From positions 416,001-480,000 of the forward strand of contig CAXXFL010000001.1 in the NCBI GenBank assembly GCA_963674965.2: a DNA stretch of 64,000 bases, read 5' to 3'. The position numbers were made by a program, and so were the translations under genes. Below the pieces are notes generated by a model. The model saw nothing but the letters and a program-made list of their open reading frames with translations. It did not search any database and was not told where the DNA came from. The stretch is from a bacterium (GTDB lineage: Bacteria; RBG-13-61-14; DATKZS01). Below, one piece after another: positions 47,696 to 56,989 of this stretch (position 1 is the first letter of the stretch; every line of letters begins with the position of its first letter).

Positions 47696-47884
47696 ATGGC
47701 AAAGCGTAGAAAGAAAAAGAAAACTAAAAGGGTTTGCCTTCGTTGCGACAGAGAGTTCATGAGCGACGGAATCTATAACCGGATTTGCCCCAACTGCCGG
47801 GAATCCAACGCTAATATAGCTCTGTATCCTTACGACTCCGTCCACGATTACCCGTCGGGCGATATTGTAAGCAAGCGCGACTGA
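47696..47884 (+). CDS. Small basic zinc-finger-like protein (62 aa)
   Basis: MAKRRKKKKTKRVCLRCDREFMSDGIYNRICPNC has two CxxC pairs. RBS GAGGAG. Confidence 0.8.
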   Translation: MAKRRKKKKTKRVCLRCDREFMSDGIYNRICPNCRESNANIALYPYDSVHDYPSGDIVSKRD

Positions 47885-48012
47885 GAAAGGTAGACGGGCT
47901 TTGGTCAGCCAAAGAGACATGGGAAAGATCGTTACCATTGCTGAAAACCCAATGCCAGAGGTTCGCCCGGAGCCAAAAAGTCATTAGTCACCGTTTTTAA
48001 ACGACTTTTTCC

Positions 48013-48041
48013 AAGAGCGCCCAGGCGGCGCTCTTTTTTTT
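48013..48041 (+). terminator. Rho-independent terminator
   Basis: AAGAGCGCC...GGCGCTCTT stem followed by a T-run. Confidence 0.75.
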
Positions 48042-48119
48042 GGTAACTCGTATCCTTCTTGGGCTTCTCAGATTATTTAACGCATGACATGTCGCATTGG
48101 TTGTGGTATTTGCTTTTTA

Positions 48120-48341
48120 ATGCGAATATCATCTTCAAAGATTCGCGAGCGGGCGCTTGGCGCCTATCAAACTGGCGATTACACCCAATTGGAGGTCGCC
48201 GCCATATTCAAAGTCAGCACTCGTTACTTTCAACGCTGGCTCAGGCGGTACCATAGTCATGGTTCGACCGAACAGAGTAAACGCGGCCACCGCGTCGCCG
48301 TTTATCGGGCGCCTGGTTTTTCTCGGCGAGTCCGGCGCTAA
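48120..48341 (+). pseudogene. IS630-family transposase N-terminal HTH remnant
   Basis: S.KIRERAL.AY..G...Q.EVA.IFKVS.....RWLRRY...G matches the IS630 N-terminus. No DDE domain follows. Confidence 0.65.
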
Positions 48342-48374
48342 AACCAGCATAAGTCGCCACTGGGGGCGGGGACG

Positions 48375-48526
48375 AACAGCGTTGAAGCGGCCAAGTCTCT
48401 CTTGGAAGGTGGAGCGGACGTTAGCGCCATGAACTAGGACAATTCATCACCCCCTTGCGGTAGCCAAAAAATACGATAAGACGCAGATGGCGGCTTTCCT
48501 TTTTGAGAAAGGCGGCGTGGAATCAA
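48375..48526 (+). pseudogene. Ankyrin-repeat gene remnant
   Basis: Manual translation gives NSVEAAKSLLEGGADVSAMN*DNSSP, a frameshift, then LAVAKKYDKTQMAAFLFEKGG. In-frame TAG at 48435. Confidence 0.6.
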
Positions 48527-48719
48527 GCCTTCATTCGAGTGGCGGCCATTCAACAGGCATGGTATCCGCTCGGATTTTAATTATTTTTCTGGCGCCGCCC
48601 GCATTTCCTTTATGTTGATGAGCGGTTAAACCGGGCCCGGTTTTACCGATGAAGAGCTCCCCAGAAAACCCTTATGGCGTCCCTATTTTAAAAAAATTAG
48701 AAAAGTTAATATTTTTTTC

Positions 48720-48758
48720 TTGACAAACCTAATCAATTGATTTAATCTTATGATTAAA
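48720..48758 (+). promoter_or_regulatory. Sigma70 promoter overlapped by palindromes (probable TetR operator)
   Basis: TTGACA at 48720. Perfect palindrome AATCAATTGATT (48731-48742) and TTTAATC-N4-GATTAAA (48741-48758). Confidence 0.6.
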
Positions 48759-48780
48759 GTGATTGATCAAAAGGGCGGAT

Positions 48781-49464
48781 ATGCAAGAAAATATAATTAA
48801 AATCGACCATGTACCGGTTAGAAGACTCGAAACCGCTATACACGATCCCTCCTCACCGCCGGGCAGAATCCTTCAGGCCGCCGAGGATATCTTCGCCGAT
48901 GAGGGGTACAAGGCGGCCACTACAAGGGCCATCGCCAAAAAAGCGGGCGTCAATATCGCCACCATCCACTACTATTGGGGCTCAAAGGACGAGCTTTGGT
49001 ACGCGGTCATTTATAACGTGATTACTCGGATCACGCGGCTGACCGAGGGGATTTTGGAACCCAGGACCGAGACCGAAGACCCTCGCGCCCTCATCCGGCA
49101 CATCATCGGCAAGCTGGTGGATATTTTCGCCGACAATCCCAACTACGCCCGTCTTCTTCAGCACCGCACCCTGGAGGGCGTCAGCCCCGAGGTGGCCGAG
49201 GAGATATCTTTGCCCCTCCTGAATATCGGCCTTAAATTCATCAAGCAGCGGAACATAAAGGGATACGCGGAGAATATCGACCCCTCCATGATGCTTTTCA
49301 GCCTCCAGGGGGCGCTTAGAATTTTTTTTCACGAGAAGGACTCGGTCAAGGCCATATTCGGGGAAGACCCAGCGTCCTTTTCCGACGGTTTCAGGCAAAG
49401 GCTAAAGGACCTGATCTCGTCTTTGGCCATTCATTACGCGGGACTTGACGGTAATAAGGGGTAG
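48781..49464 (+). CDS. TetR/AcrR family transcriptional regulator
   Basis: RILQAAEDIFADEGYKAATTRAIAKKAGVNIATIHYYWGSKDEL HTH. Confidence 0.93.
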   Translation: MQENIIKIDHVPVRRLETAIHDPSSPPGRILQAAEDIFADEGYKAATTRAIAKKAGVNIATIHYYWGSKDELWYAVIYNVITRITRLTEGILEPRTETEDPRALIRHIIGKLVDIFADNPNYARLLQHRTLEGVSPEVAEEISLPLLNIGLKFIKQRNIKGYAENIDPSMMLFSLQGALRIFFHEKDSVKAIFGEDPASFSDGFRQRLKDLISSLAIHYAGLDGNKG

Positions 49465-49558
49465 TGGGGGAGTCGCCGCCCAGGCGGCCTAACATCGTCA
49501 TCTTTGCATGAACGGGAAGATTTTCCGGATCGGCTGTATCGTTCGCGCGGACTCGTGA

Positions 49559-50056
49559 TTGCAAAAAGCGGGAGGATTTTCCGTGGGATCGATACCGACG
49601 GCAAACGTCGCGGCCGTTTTGCACCTGGCCTTCGTGTCCGCCCTTATCGGCGTGATCGCGGCGGAGACGGTAATGGAGGCGCTTCCACTTCGCCAGAGAG
49701 ACCTCCACCAGGGCGCGGTCCGGTTCCATCTATGGATCGGCCTCTTGCTCGAGGTACCCATCGCCATGGGCGTGGTCGTAACGGGAATAGCCATGGCCAC
49801 GCTGGTCGACTCCTTTTCCCTTTTCCACGTCGTGAAAATTTCCCTGGCTTCCATCGCCCTTCTTCTCGGTCTCACCTGCGTCTTCCGGGTCATCAGAAGA
49901 TACCGGCTATGGGACGACGGGGCCATGGACGACGTCCTCGAGAAGGACACGCGAAAAATCCATCTGACCGCCGCGTTTATTTACGCGCTCATGATCGGGC
50001 CGGCGATATTGGGGGTTTGGCTCGCCTATAAGCGGGTCGCCGAGTTCTACGGATAA
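49559..50056 (+). CDS. Hypothetical 4-TM membrane protein
   Basis: Four hydrophobic segments with His residues (VLHL, FHLW, FHVVK, IHL). Start uncertain. Confidence 0.65.
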   Translation: MQKAGGFSVGSIPTANVAAVLHLAFVSALIGVIAAETVMEALPLRQRDLHQGAVRFHLWIGLLLEVPIAMGVVVTGIAMATLVDSFSLFHVVKISLASIALLLGLTCVFRVIRRYRLWDDGAMDDVLEKDTRKIHLTAAFIYALMIGPAILGVWLAYKRVAEFYG

Positions 50057-50089
50057 AGGAAAGAAATAATAAGGGTCAATGGGGGGATA

Positions 50090-51703
50090 ATGAAAATGAG
50101 CGCAAACGGAAAAAAACGCGCGGCCGTTTCGGAAAAATCGAAGCTTTACCTGGTGGGAGGCGGGATAGCGGGTCTGTCCGCCGCGGTGTTCGCCATTCGG
50201 GACGCGGGGATCAAAGGCGAAAACATCCATCTTTTCGAGTCGCTCGATTTATTGGGCGGCGCCCTCGAGGGTCACGTGCGGCCCGACAAGGTCTGCGTTA
50301 CGCGGGGGGACTGGAAGTTCAACAAGGAGGCCTACCAGTGCGTATGGGACGTGTTCTCGACCATACCGTCTCTTACGATCCCGGGCAAATCGGTGACGCA
50401 GGAAATACTCGATCATAACGAGCGGCACAAGAAAAACGCGAGGTCGCGGCTGATCGACAAGGACCGCAACGTGGACCACGTGGAAAGCATGGGTCTTACG
50501 CTGGGTCAGAAACTTCTATTCCTGCGGCTCCTGTTTATCCCCGAGGAGAAAATCGAGAACAGAAGGATCGACTCCTGGTTCGATCCTCCCTTCTTCGAGA
50601 CCAATTTCTGGAAGGTCTTCAGTTCCATGTTCGCCATCGAGCATTGGAACGACCTGGTCGAGATGAAGAGGTACATGAGGCGTTTCATGCACGATTTCGA
50701 CAAGATGAGCAAGGGCAGGGGAGAGGTGGTCACGCCCAACCATAACCACGACACCATGATCCGTCCCATGGTCAAGTGGCTCGAGGAGCGGAGCGTCAAT
50801 TTCCATACGGGATGCAAGGTATTGGACATGGACCTTAAGCCCGGCGGCCGCGATATTACGGTTGAAAAAATTCATTACGTTCAACGCGGAGAGAACAAGG
50901 AGATAGCTCTCGGGGAAGGAGACTTCGTTTTCGTGACCAACGGCTCGATGACGGCCGACTCGAGGAGCGGCTCGATGACCGAGCCTCCCGAGCTCGAGAC
51001 CCGCAAGGTTGACGGCTCCTGGACCTTGTGGGAGAACCTGGCGAGGAAAAAGCCCGGCCTGGGCAATCCTTCCGTTTTCAACGACAGGATTGACGAGTCC
51101 AAATGGATAACCTTCGTGGTCACGGCCACGGACCCGATATTCCTCGAGAAGTACGAGGAGTTCACGGGCAACAAGCCGGGTCAGGCGGACATGGTGACCT
51201 TTCGGGACTCGAGCTGGCATATCTCGGTGCTGGTCATGCACCAGCCTCATTTCCTCGAGCAGCCTGAGGGGACTTATTTCTGGGGAGGGTGCGGCCTCAT
51301 TCCCGACAAGCCGGGTGATTTCGTGAACATCGAGATGACCGAGTGCAACGGCCGGGACCTCCTGACCGAGGTGTGCCACCATTTCGGGTTCGTGGACGAG
51401 CTGCCGCGCATTCTCGAGACCTCGACCGTCGTTCCAAATATGATGCCCTACGAGATGAGCCATTTCCTCCCCCACAAGAGAAGCGACCGGCCCAAGGTGG
51501 CGCCGGATGGTTCGACCAACCTGGCCTTCATGGGCCAGTTCGTGGAGAGCGAAGAGTGCGTCATGCTGGTCGAGTCGTCGGTACGGACCGCCAAGATGGC
51601 GGTATACGACCTGATGGGAATCGCCAAGGAAATCCCGGCGCCTTACACGGCCATCAAGGACCCGGTGGTCTGGGCCAAGGTTTTGAAAACCTTGTTCAAA
51701 TAA
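50090..51703 (+). CDS. Oleate hydratase (MCRA) family flavoprotein, divergent
   Basis: YLVGGGIAGLSAA, FS.IPSL, FF.TNFW, E..RY..RF, VFVTNGSMT, W.LW, ESKW..F, F.DSSW, QPHF, DRP.V.P.GSTNLAF.GQFVE and VE.SVRTA..AVY.L motifs. Confidence 0.9.
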   Translation: MKMSANGKKRAAVSEKSKLYLVGGGIAGLSAAVFAIRDAGIKGENIHLFESLDLLGGALEGHVRPDKVCVTRGDWKFNKEAYQCVWDVFSTIPSLTIPGKSVTQEILDHNERHKKNARSRLIDKDRNVDHVESMGLTLGQKLLFLRLLFIPEEKIENRRIDSWFDPPFFETNFWKVFSSMFAIEHWNDLVEMKRYMRRFMHDFDKMSKGRGEVVTPNHNHDTMIRPMVKWLEERSVNFHTGCKVLDMDLKPGGRDITVEKIHYVQRGENKEIALGEGDFVFVTNGSMTADSRSGSMTEPPELETRKVDGSWTLWENLARKKPGLGNPSVFNDRIDESKWITFVVTATDPIFLEKYEEFTGNKPGQADMVTFRDSSWHISVLVMHQPHFLEQPEGTYFWGGCGLIPDKPGDFVNIEMTECNGRDLLTEVCHHFGFVDELPRILETSTVVPNMMPYEMSHFLPHKRSDRPKVAPDGSTNLAFMGQFVESEECVMLVESSVRTAKMAVYDLMGIAKEIPAPYTAIKDPVVWAKVLKTLFK

Positions 51704-51749
51704 AACCATCTTATTTTCATGGAGAAGACGATCGCAAGGAGGCGTAATC

Positions 51750-53030
51750 ATGGAATATCTGGCGAAACTGTTAGACGAGTTTTCCGACACCCCGCGCAAC
51801 ATCATCCTTCACGCCGACCTTCTTCGGCGCGGCATCAAGAGGACCCCGGACCTTATGGACGCGGGCGAGAACACCTGTATCACGGGGATATCGACCAAGC
51901 TTCAGTCCTTTATGGGGGACGCGAAGCCCATTCCCAGCATGCTCCATTTCAAGGAGGACGAGGTCTCGGTGGATATCAAGACCGACGACAGGAGCCCCTA
52001 TGAAATCAAGAAGAACGGCAACGGCGGTTACGCGCTCTATTGCGGTGACGAGAACTTCGGTGAGGTAAGGTTTACCAAGCGTCCATCTTACACGGACAAG
52101 CTCACCTCGGACGGGCAGTCCTGCGCGGCCCTGCTTCTACAGAGGGGCCCCTTTTGCATTATGGTCAACCCCCTGGAGTTCTGCGCCTATTACAAGAACA
52201 AGGAAGCATGCAAGTACTGCGTCCTTTCCCTGGCCATGGAGATGGGAGTAAACGCCAAGCTGATGAAGCCGGTGCCGGACCCTGAGATGATCGCCGAGGC
52301 GCTCGAGATGGCGACCATGGATATCAATCTCAAGGACCTTAAAATATGCGGCGGCGCGCTTTACGATACCAAAAAGGAGGCCGTTCATTACAAGAAGTGC
52401 CTCGAGGCGATCCTTAACCGGATCGAGAAGCCCGAGGAGATCACCATATTTTCACAAGCCTTCGACGAGGGGGACACGAGGGACCTGAAAGAGCTGGGAG
52501 CCACCAACATCCTGTTCAACATGGAAGTATGGAACGAGGGGATGTGGCCGGAGTTGTTGCCGGGGAAGGCCAAAGCCATTGGCAGGCAGGAGTGGATCGA
52601 CCGCTTGACCAAGGCGGTGGACATTTTTGGACGAGGTCACGTGGGAAGCGGGTTCGTGGGCGGGTTCGAGTGCGCTCCCCGCCCGGGGTTCCTTTCCAGG
52701 GAAGAGGCGTTCAAGTCTTACCTCGAGGCCTTCGAGTACCTGATCGAGAGGGACGTCGTGCCCTGGTTTACCGTGTGGACGGCCGCGCCCATCGTGGGCG
52801 GCTTCAGCGTCGACGACCCTCCCCCCACCGACTTTTATTTGCGTCTGGGCCAGGAGCTTCACGAGCTTCTTGACAAGTATGGGATGTACAAGGACCTTGG
52901 TTTTCCCACCATGGGCGTAAACCCCCCGACCCTGGGACTTTATTGCTACTACTGTTTCAGTATGACCTTCAATCGCGATTACCCGAGGCTGATCGGGCGT
53001 ACTCCCCGGCCTTCCCAGAGCGCGGAATGA
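51750..53030 (+). CDS. Radical SAM-like protein with CX8CX2C motif
   Basis: CAYYKNKEACKYC, ICGG, NMEVW......L.PGK...IGR..W, AV.IFG.G.V...FVGG.E motifs. RBS AAGGAGG. Confidence 0.8.
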   Translation: MEYLAKLLDEFSDTPRNIILHADLLRRGIKRTPDLMDAGENTCITGISTKLQSFMGDAKPIPSMLHFKEDEVSVDIKTDDRSPYEIKKNGNGGYALYCGDENFGEVRFTKRPSYTDKLTSDGQSCAALLLQRGPFCIMVNPLEFCAYYKNKEACKYCVLSLAMEMGVNAKLMKPVPDPEMIAEALEMATMDINLKDLKICGGALYDTKKEAVHYKKCLEAILNRIEKPEEITIFSQAFDEGDTRDLKELGATNILFNMEVWNEGMWPELLPGKAKAIGRQEWIDRLTKAVDIFGRGHVGSGFVGGFECAPRPGFLSREEAFKSYLEAFEYLIERDVVPWFTVWTAAPIVGGFSVDDPPPTDFYLRLGQELHELLDKYGMYKDLGFPTMGVNPPTLGLYCYYCFSMTFNRDYPRLIGRTPRPSQSAE

Positions 53031-53047
53031 TATCGAGGTGAGCGGCT

Positions 53048-53686
53048 ATGAAGCTTGCGGGAAAAAAACGAGTTTGCACGGCGCTGGCCATCATCTGGCT
53101 TTCGGCCTCGGCCGTCGCGAGCAAGACGGAAAAGCCCGGGATCGATCTCTCTCCCGAGGACCTTAAGGTCCTCGAGGAGGGGAAGCTGGTCACCAAGGTG
53201 GATGAATACAAGGACGATAAGGGAAACGTCAATCATCGCATGGGTAATTACCTCATCATCGACGTCCCGCCCAAGGAGGTTTGGAAAGTCCTGACCGAGC
53301 CGGAGAAGGACCATGAATGGATATCGGGAGTAAAAAAGAGCGAGGTGCTAAAAAGGGATGACGACTCCTGTGACGTGCACTACGAGGTGTCAATTATTTT
53401 CATGGATTTCCAGTTTAATATCCACAGGCGCTTCCAAGATCAAGACCTTTATATTAAAAACGACCTCATCGAGGAAATGGAAAACGACCTCGAGGTGGCC
53501 GACTCCTACTATGCCCTATATCCGCACGCCAACGGCGAGAAGACGATCATGAAATATTCCCTCCGCCTGGTGGTAAGCGAGGGTATACCCAAGTCGGTCG
53601 AGGATTGGTTCGTGAAGCAAAGCGGGAAGGGATGGATGCAGAACCTTAAAAAACGGGCTGAAAGTAAGGGGACCTGGAAAAAATGA
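53048..53686 (+). CDS. Exported SRPBCC/START-domain ligand-binding protein
   Basis: Signal peptide. IDVPP.EVWKVLT.PE...EW..GVKKSEVL and a C-terminal amphipathic helix (NLKKRAE). Confidence 0.75.
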   Translation: MKLAGKKRVCTALAIIWLSASAVASKTEKPGIDLSPEDLKVLEEGKLVTKVDEYKDDKGNVNHRMGNYLIIDVPPKEVWKVLTEPEKDHEWISGVKKSEVLKRDDDSCDVHYEVSIIFMDFQFNIHRRFQDQDLYIKNDLIEEMENDLEVADSYYALYPHANGEKTIMKYSLRLVVSEGIPKSVEDWFVKQSGKGWMQNLKKRAESKGTWKK

Positions 53687-53705
53687 GGCCTATCTTCGAG
53701 GCCCT

Positions 53706-54917
53706 TTAGGCCCCGCCGCATTGTTTATCGAACTCCTCGATGATCTTCTCGGCGTAGGCCGACCTCGTGCGGCCGCGGACGAATTTGTTGGCGTTTTTCC
53801 TGAGGCCTTCATAAAGATCGGCGTTTTCGGTCACTTTCTTCAGAGCTCCGGCCATTTCGGCGACGTTATCGGATGAAATTAGCACGCCCGTTTTTCCGTC
53901 TTCTATCATTTGAGGCACGCCGCCAACCCTGGTGGCGATTACGGGTATGCCCCTCGCCATGGCCTCGAAAATAACCTTGGGCGTTCCCTCGGAGCGGGAA
54001 GGATGCACGAAAACGTCGGCCCAGTCGTATTGGGCGACGATCTCCGGCCCGAAGGGTACGCCGCCGGTAAATTCCACCGAGTCACCCAATCCCAAGTCTT
54101 TAGCCTTTTTCTGGAGCGACTCCTTGAGGTGGCCCCATCCTACTATCCTGGCCTCCCATTTCAACTCTGACTCATCCTTGAGCCGCGCCAGCGCCTCGAG
54201 AAGCACGTTATGTCCCTTCTCATTGGACAACCTGCCCACGGCCAGCACCCGGGCGGTCTCACGCGGAGCCGGTTTTTCGGGAAATACTATGTTTTCATCG
54301 TCGATGCTGGTGGCGAAAATAGCGTTGGCCCTATCGGTGTATCGCGACAGTCGGCCGGTGATGGATTGTCCATGGCAGAAAAGAAGATTGTTCTTTACCG
54401 CTTTCTTTTCCATGGCCAAATAGAACATGAAAAAAATCCGACGGATGGGATTGATGAAAGGTCTCAGCAAAGGCCCCTTTGAGGACCCCAGTTTAGCCTC
54501 GACTTCCCAGTCTCCCACCACCGTGTGAAATGACGGAACGCCCAGCTCACTCGCTTGCAAGGCCGCGAATACCCCAACCAGATCAGGATAGCGGGGGTTT
54601 ACAACGTCCCATCTGCCCATGTTTTGCCTGATCCTCCACCATATTACCGGGTACATAATCGTGAGTGACAAAAAAGACACGTAAAAGGGAAGTTCAATAA
54701 CATGGAATTTCTTAGAGTCGATATGAACCGCGGCGTCAATCTTGTTCCTTCTCGTTACGGGAACGCAAAGCTCGATTTTATCGAAGTAGCGGGTCATTGA
54801 CTCGATATATTTCATAAAGGCGCCGTTAGTGGCGTATCCATCCGCGTTCTTTACGAACTTCTTGCCGCAGATGACGCCCAGTACCCCTCTTTTTTTTTGT
54901 CCGCTCGTTTCCGACAT
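53706..54917 (-). CDS. GT4 family glycosyltransferase
   Basis: VGRLS.EKG and ADVFVHPSRSEGTPKVIFEAMARG.PVIATRVGG motifs. Confidence 0.92.
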   Translation of the reverse strand: MSETSGQKKRGVLGVICGKKFVKNADGYATNGAFMKYIESMTRYFDKIELCVPVTRRNKIDAAVHIDSKKFHVIELPFYVSFLSLTIMYPVIWWRIRQNMGRWDVVNPRYPDLVGVFAALQASELGVPSFHTVVGDWEVEAKLGSSKGPLLRPFINPIRRIFFMFYLAMEKKAVKNNLLFCHGQSITGRLSRYTDRANAIFATSIDDENIVFPEKPAPRETARVLAVGRLSNEKGHNVLLEALARLKDESELKWEARIVGWGHLKESLQKKAKDLGLGDSVEFTGGVPFGPEIVAQYDWADVFVHPSRSEGTPKVIFEAMARGIPVIATRVGGVPQMIEDGKTGVLISSDNVAEMAGALKKVTENADLYEGLRKNANKFVRGRTRSAYAEKIIEEFDKQCGGA

Positions 54918-54919
54918 TG

Positions 54920-56182
54920 CTATTGATTCTTCTCGGTAATGGACAGCGATCTTTTACGTTTCGTTCGGACGCCGCCCGCTGCCAGTCGTAACTTTAAGGA
55001 ATTAAAGGCCATGCTGAAAAACGTGACGAGAAAACCATAAAGAGCCTCCATCTTTTCTCTCGCTCCAAAACGCCCCTCAAGAACGGCCTTAATTTCAACT
55101 CCAATAATATCACCTGCTCCCTCCGAACACCAATACTTTCTTGAGGCTTCCCTGGCGAAGGTTGAAAGAGATTCCCTGTAAGTTTTATCCTCCATGATTT
55201 TTCCGATCGCTCGGGCAAGCTCACTTGGCTCCTTTTCCTCAAGGCAATTCCTGCCCGCCATATTATACCTGTAAAGCTCTTTCGCGTTCTCGGGATCGAA
55301 CACTCCCGCCATGCCTTTCTCGCCTACCACTATCGCCGGTATCCCCATTGCCAGAGGTTCCATGACTCCGCGGCCAACGCCGAGTACAAGGTCCGCGTCC
55401 GCGAAAAAGGAAGATATGTCCTTTTGGTAGCCCGGCAAAAAAACCGTCTCGCGGCCTATCCTCCGATTTGTGTCTCGGGCCAGTTCGTCCATCTCCTCTT
55501 TATAGGGACCGTCGCCGAAAATAACCAGCTTGATTTTCGGGTCCTTGTTCGCCAACTCCTCGACGGCGCGCGTCATTTGGCTTACGCCTTTTATACGATT
55601 GAACACCAGCCTGGTAGCCGCCACGACGATGAAGTCGTCCGGCGCAAGGGACAACAACTCCCTTAGCCGGCCGCTTCGTCCCGTATAATTGAAGTATTCA
55701 GGACCTATCCTGTTCGCGAGCACCCGGACGCGATTCGGGTCGAATCCGTGCCTTTGGACAAGGCCGTCTTTCAATTCCTCGCTGAAAACAATGAGTCGAG
55801 CCGGCATGCCGGGCCTGAATATCGGTACCTCGCCGCCGGCGTAAATCCCTATCACGGGGACCCCTCTCAGGAAAGTCCCCATTAGAAGGGAACCCATGAC
55901 CTCCTCATAGCCGCAGGCTAAAATCACCCGCGGGTGAAGATCCGAGATGATCGACTGTAATTTCACCCATCGCGAGGGCCATTTGGCCACCCTCGCGGGT
56001 TTTGCCAGATGAACGCTATTATAACCCTCGTTCCTGTATATCGAACCGTGGCCTTCATCGCCCACCACCGCGATAATCCTGTTTTTAGGGATAGACTTAA
56101 CCAGCGCGAGCATTGATAAAGGGGCGCCGCCCTCGCCATACTGGAAGGCTAAGTATACAAGCGCTTCTGGATTGGAGTTCAT
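54920..56182 (-). CDS. GT-B (GT4-like) glycosyltransferase
   Basis: YGEGGA, IFGDGP, ADLVLGVGRGVMEPLAMGIP and YNMAGRN motifs. Confidence 0.85.
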   Translation of the reverse strand: MNSNPEALVYLAFQYGEGGAPLSMLALVKSIPKNRIIAVVGDEGHGSIYRNEGYNSVHLAKPARVAKWPSRWVKLQSIISDLHPRVILACGYEEVMGSLLMGTFLRGVPVIGIYAGGEVPIFRPGMPARLIVFSEELKDGLVQRHGFDPNRVRVLANRIGPEYFNYTGRSGRLRELLSLAPDDFIVVAATRLVFNRIKGVSQMTRAVEELANKDPKIKLVIFGDGPYKEEMDELARDTNRRIGRETVFLPGYQKDISSFFADADLVLGVGRGVMEPLAMGIPAIVVGEKGMAGVFDPENAKELYRYNMAGRNCLEEKEPSELARAIGKIMEDKTYRESLSTFAREASRKYWCSEGAGDIIGVEIKAVLEGRFGAREKMEALYGFLVTFFSMAFNSLKLRLAAGGVRTKRKRSLSITEKNQ

Positions 56183-56186
56183 CCTA

Positions 56187-56855
56187 TCAAATACCGCCCA
56201 GATACTTCTTCCGGAATCTGAAGATGATATTCTGCAAGATGTCCCAGCCCCGCTGTTCTCCCACCAACATGTTCAAAGACTCTAAATCCGGCAATCTCAT
56301 GGCTATGTCATCCCATTGCCCGGGATGCCTGCTCCCGACGTAAAACAGGTAAACGTCTTTACTCTTGTTGGGCGAAAAACTCTCGTAAACAACCTCCAGC
56401 CCGTTCAACTCGTACAGGCGGCGCATGGCGGCTGGAGTAAAGCGCCAGAAATCAAGATAATTTCCCGGCTCGAAATGGAATTTCTGCCTGAAGGGAACCA
56501 CGGAGATAACCGCATCCGCGCTCATTTTGCAGATGTTTTCAAATGCAATGAAAGGGTCGGGCACGTGCTCGAGAACGGTGTGGTGAAAACAAACCTCCCA
56601 ATTCTTCTCAAGCTCCCTGGGCAGGGGAGCGGTAATGTCGATTTCCAAATCGGTGGACTCGTTGCTCCCCCGTTTTTTATCCCCTGGATGGTTGGATATT
56701 TCATAACTCGCGGCGTTGGGGAAATAATCCCGATATCGATTCCCCTCGCGGTCTTCATCACGCCAGGCGCTTACGTTGATGATCCTGCCTTTAAAATTTG
56801 GACCCAATTCCCTGAGAATATCATTGGACCAGTATCTGGCCACCATTTCACGCAT
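56187..56855 (-). CDS. Class I SAM-dependent methyltransferase-like protein
   Basis: HTVLEHVPDP, VPF....H and DFWRFT motifs. Co-oriented with the glycosyltransferases. Confidence 0.7.
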   Translation of the reverse strand: MREMVARYWSNDILRELGPNFKGRIINVSAWRDEDREGNRYRDYFPNAASYEISNHPGDKKRGSNESTDLEIDITAPLPRELEKNWEVCFHHTVLEHVPDPFIAFENICKMSADAVISVVPFRQKFHFEPGNYLDFWRFTPAAMRRLYELNGLEVVYESFSPNKSKDVYLFYVGSRHPGQWDDIAMRLPDLESLNMLVGEQRGWDILQNIIFRFRKKYLGGI

Positions 56856-56989
56856 CGTGTGTTTCCCGTTAAGTTGTTTGAACCGCTTGACCGGCCATTA
56901 ATTTTAACATGTTCCGCCGCGTGAGATAAATCGACGCGCGCTTGATGGAAAATGACGGTCTCCGAGACCCGGCCCATTATTATAGCCGG

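Noticed and set aside
55735-55752. GGTTCGAATCC resembling a tRNA T-loop
   Set aside because: Lies inside a glycosyltransferase CDS with no cloverleaf around it.
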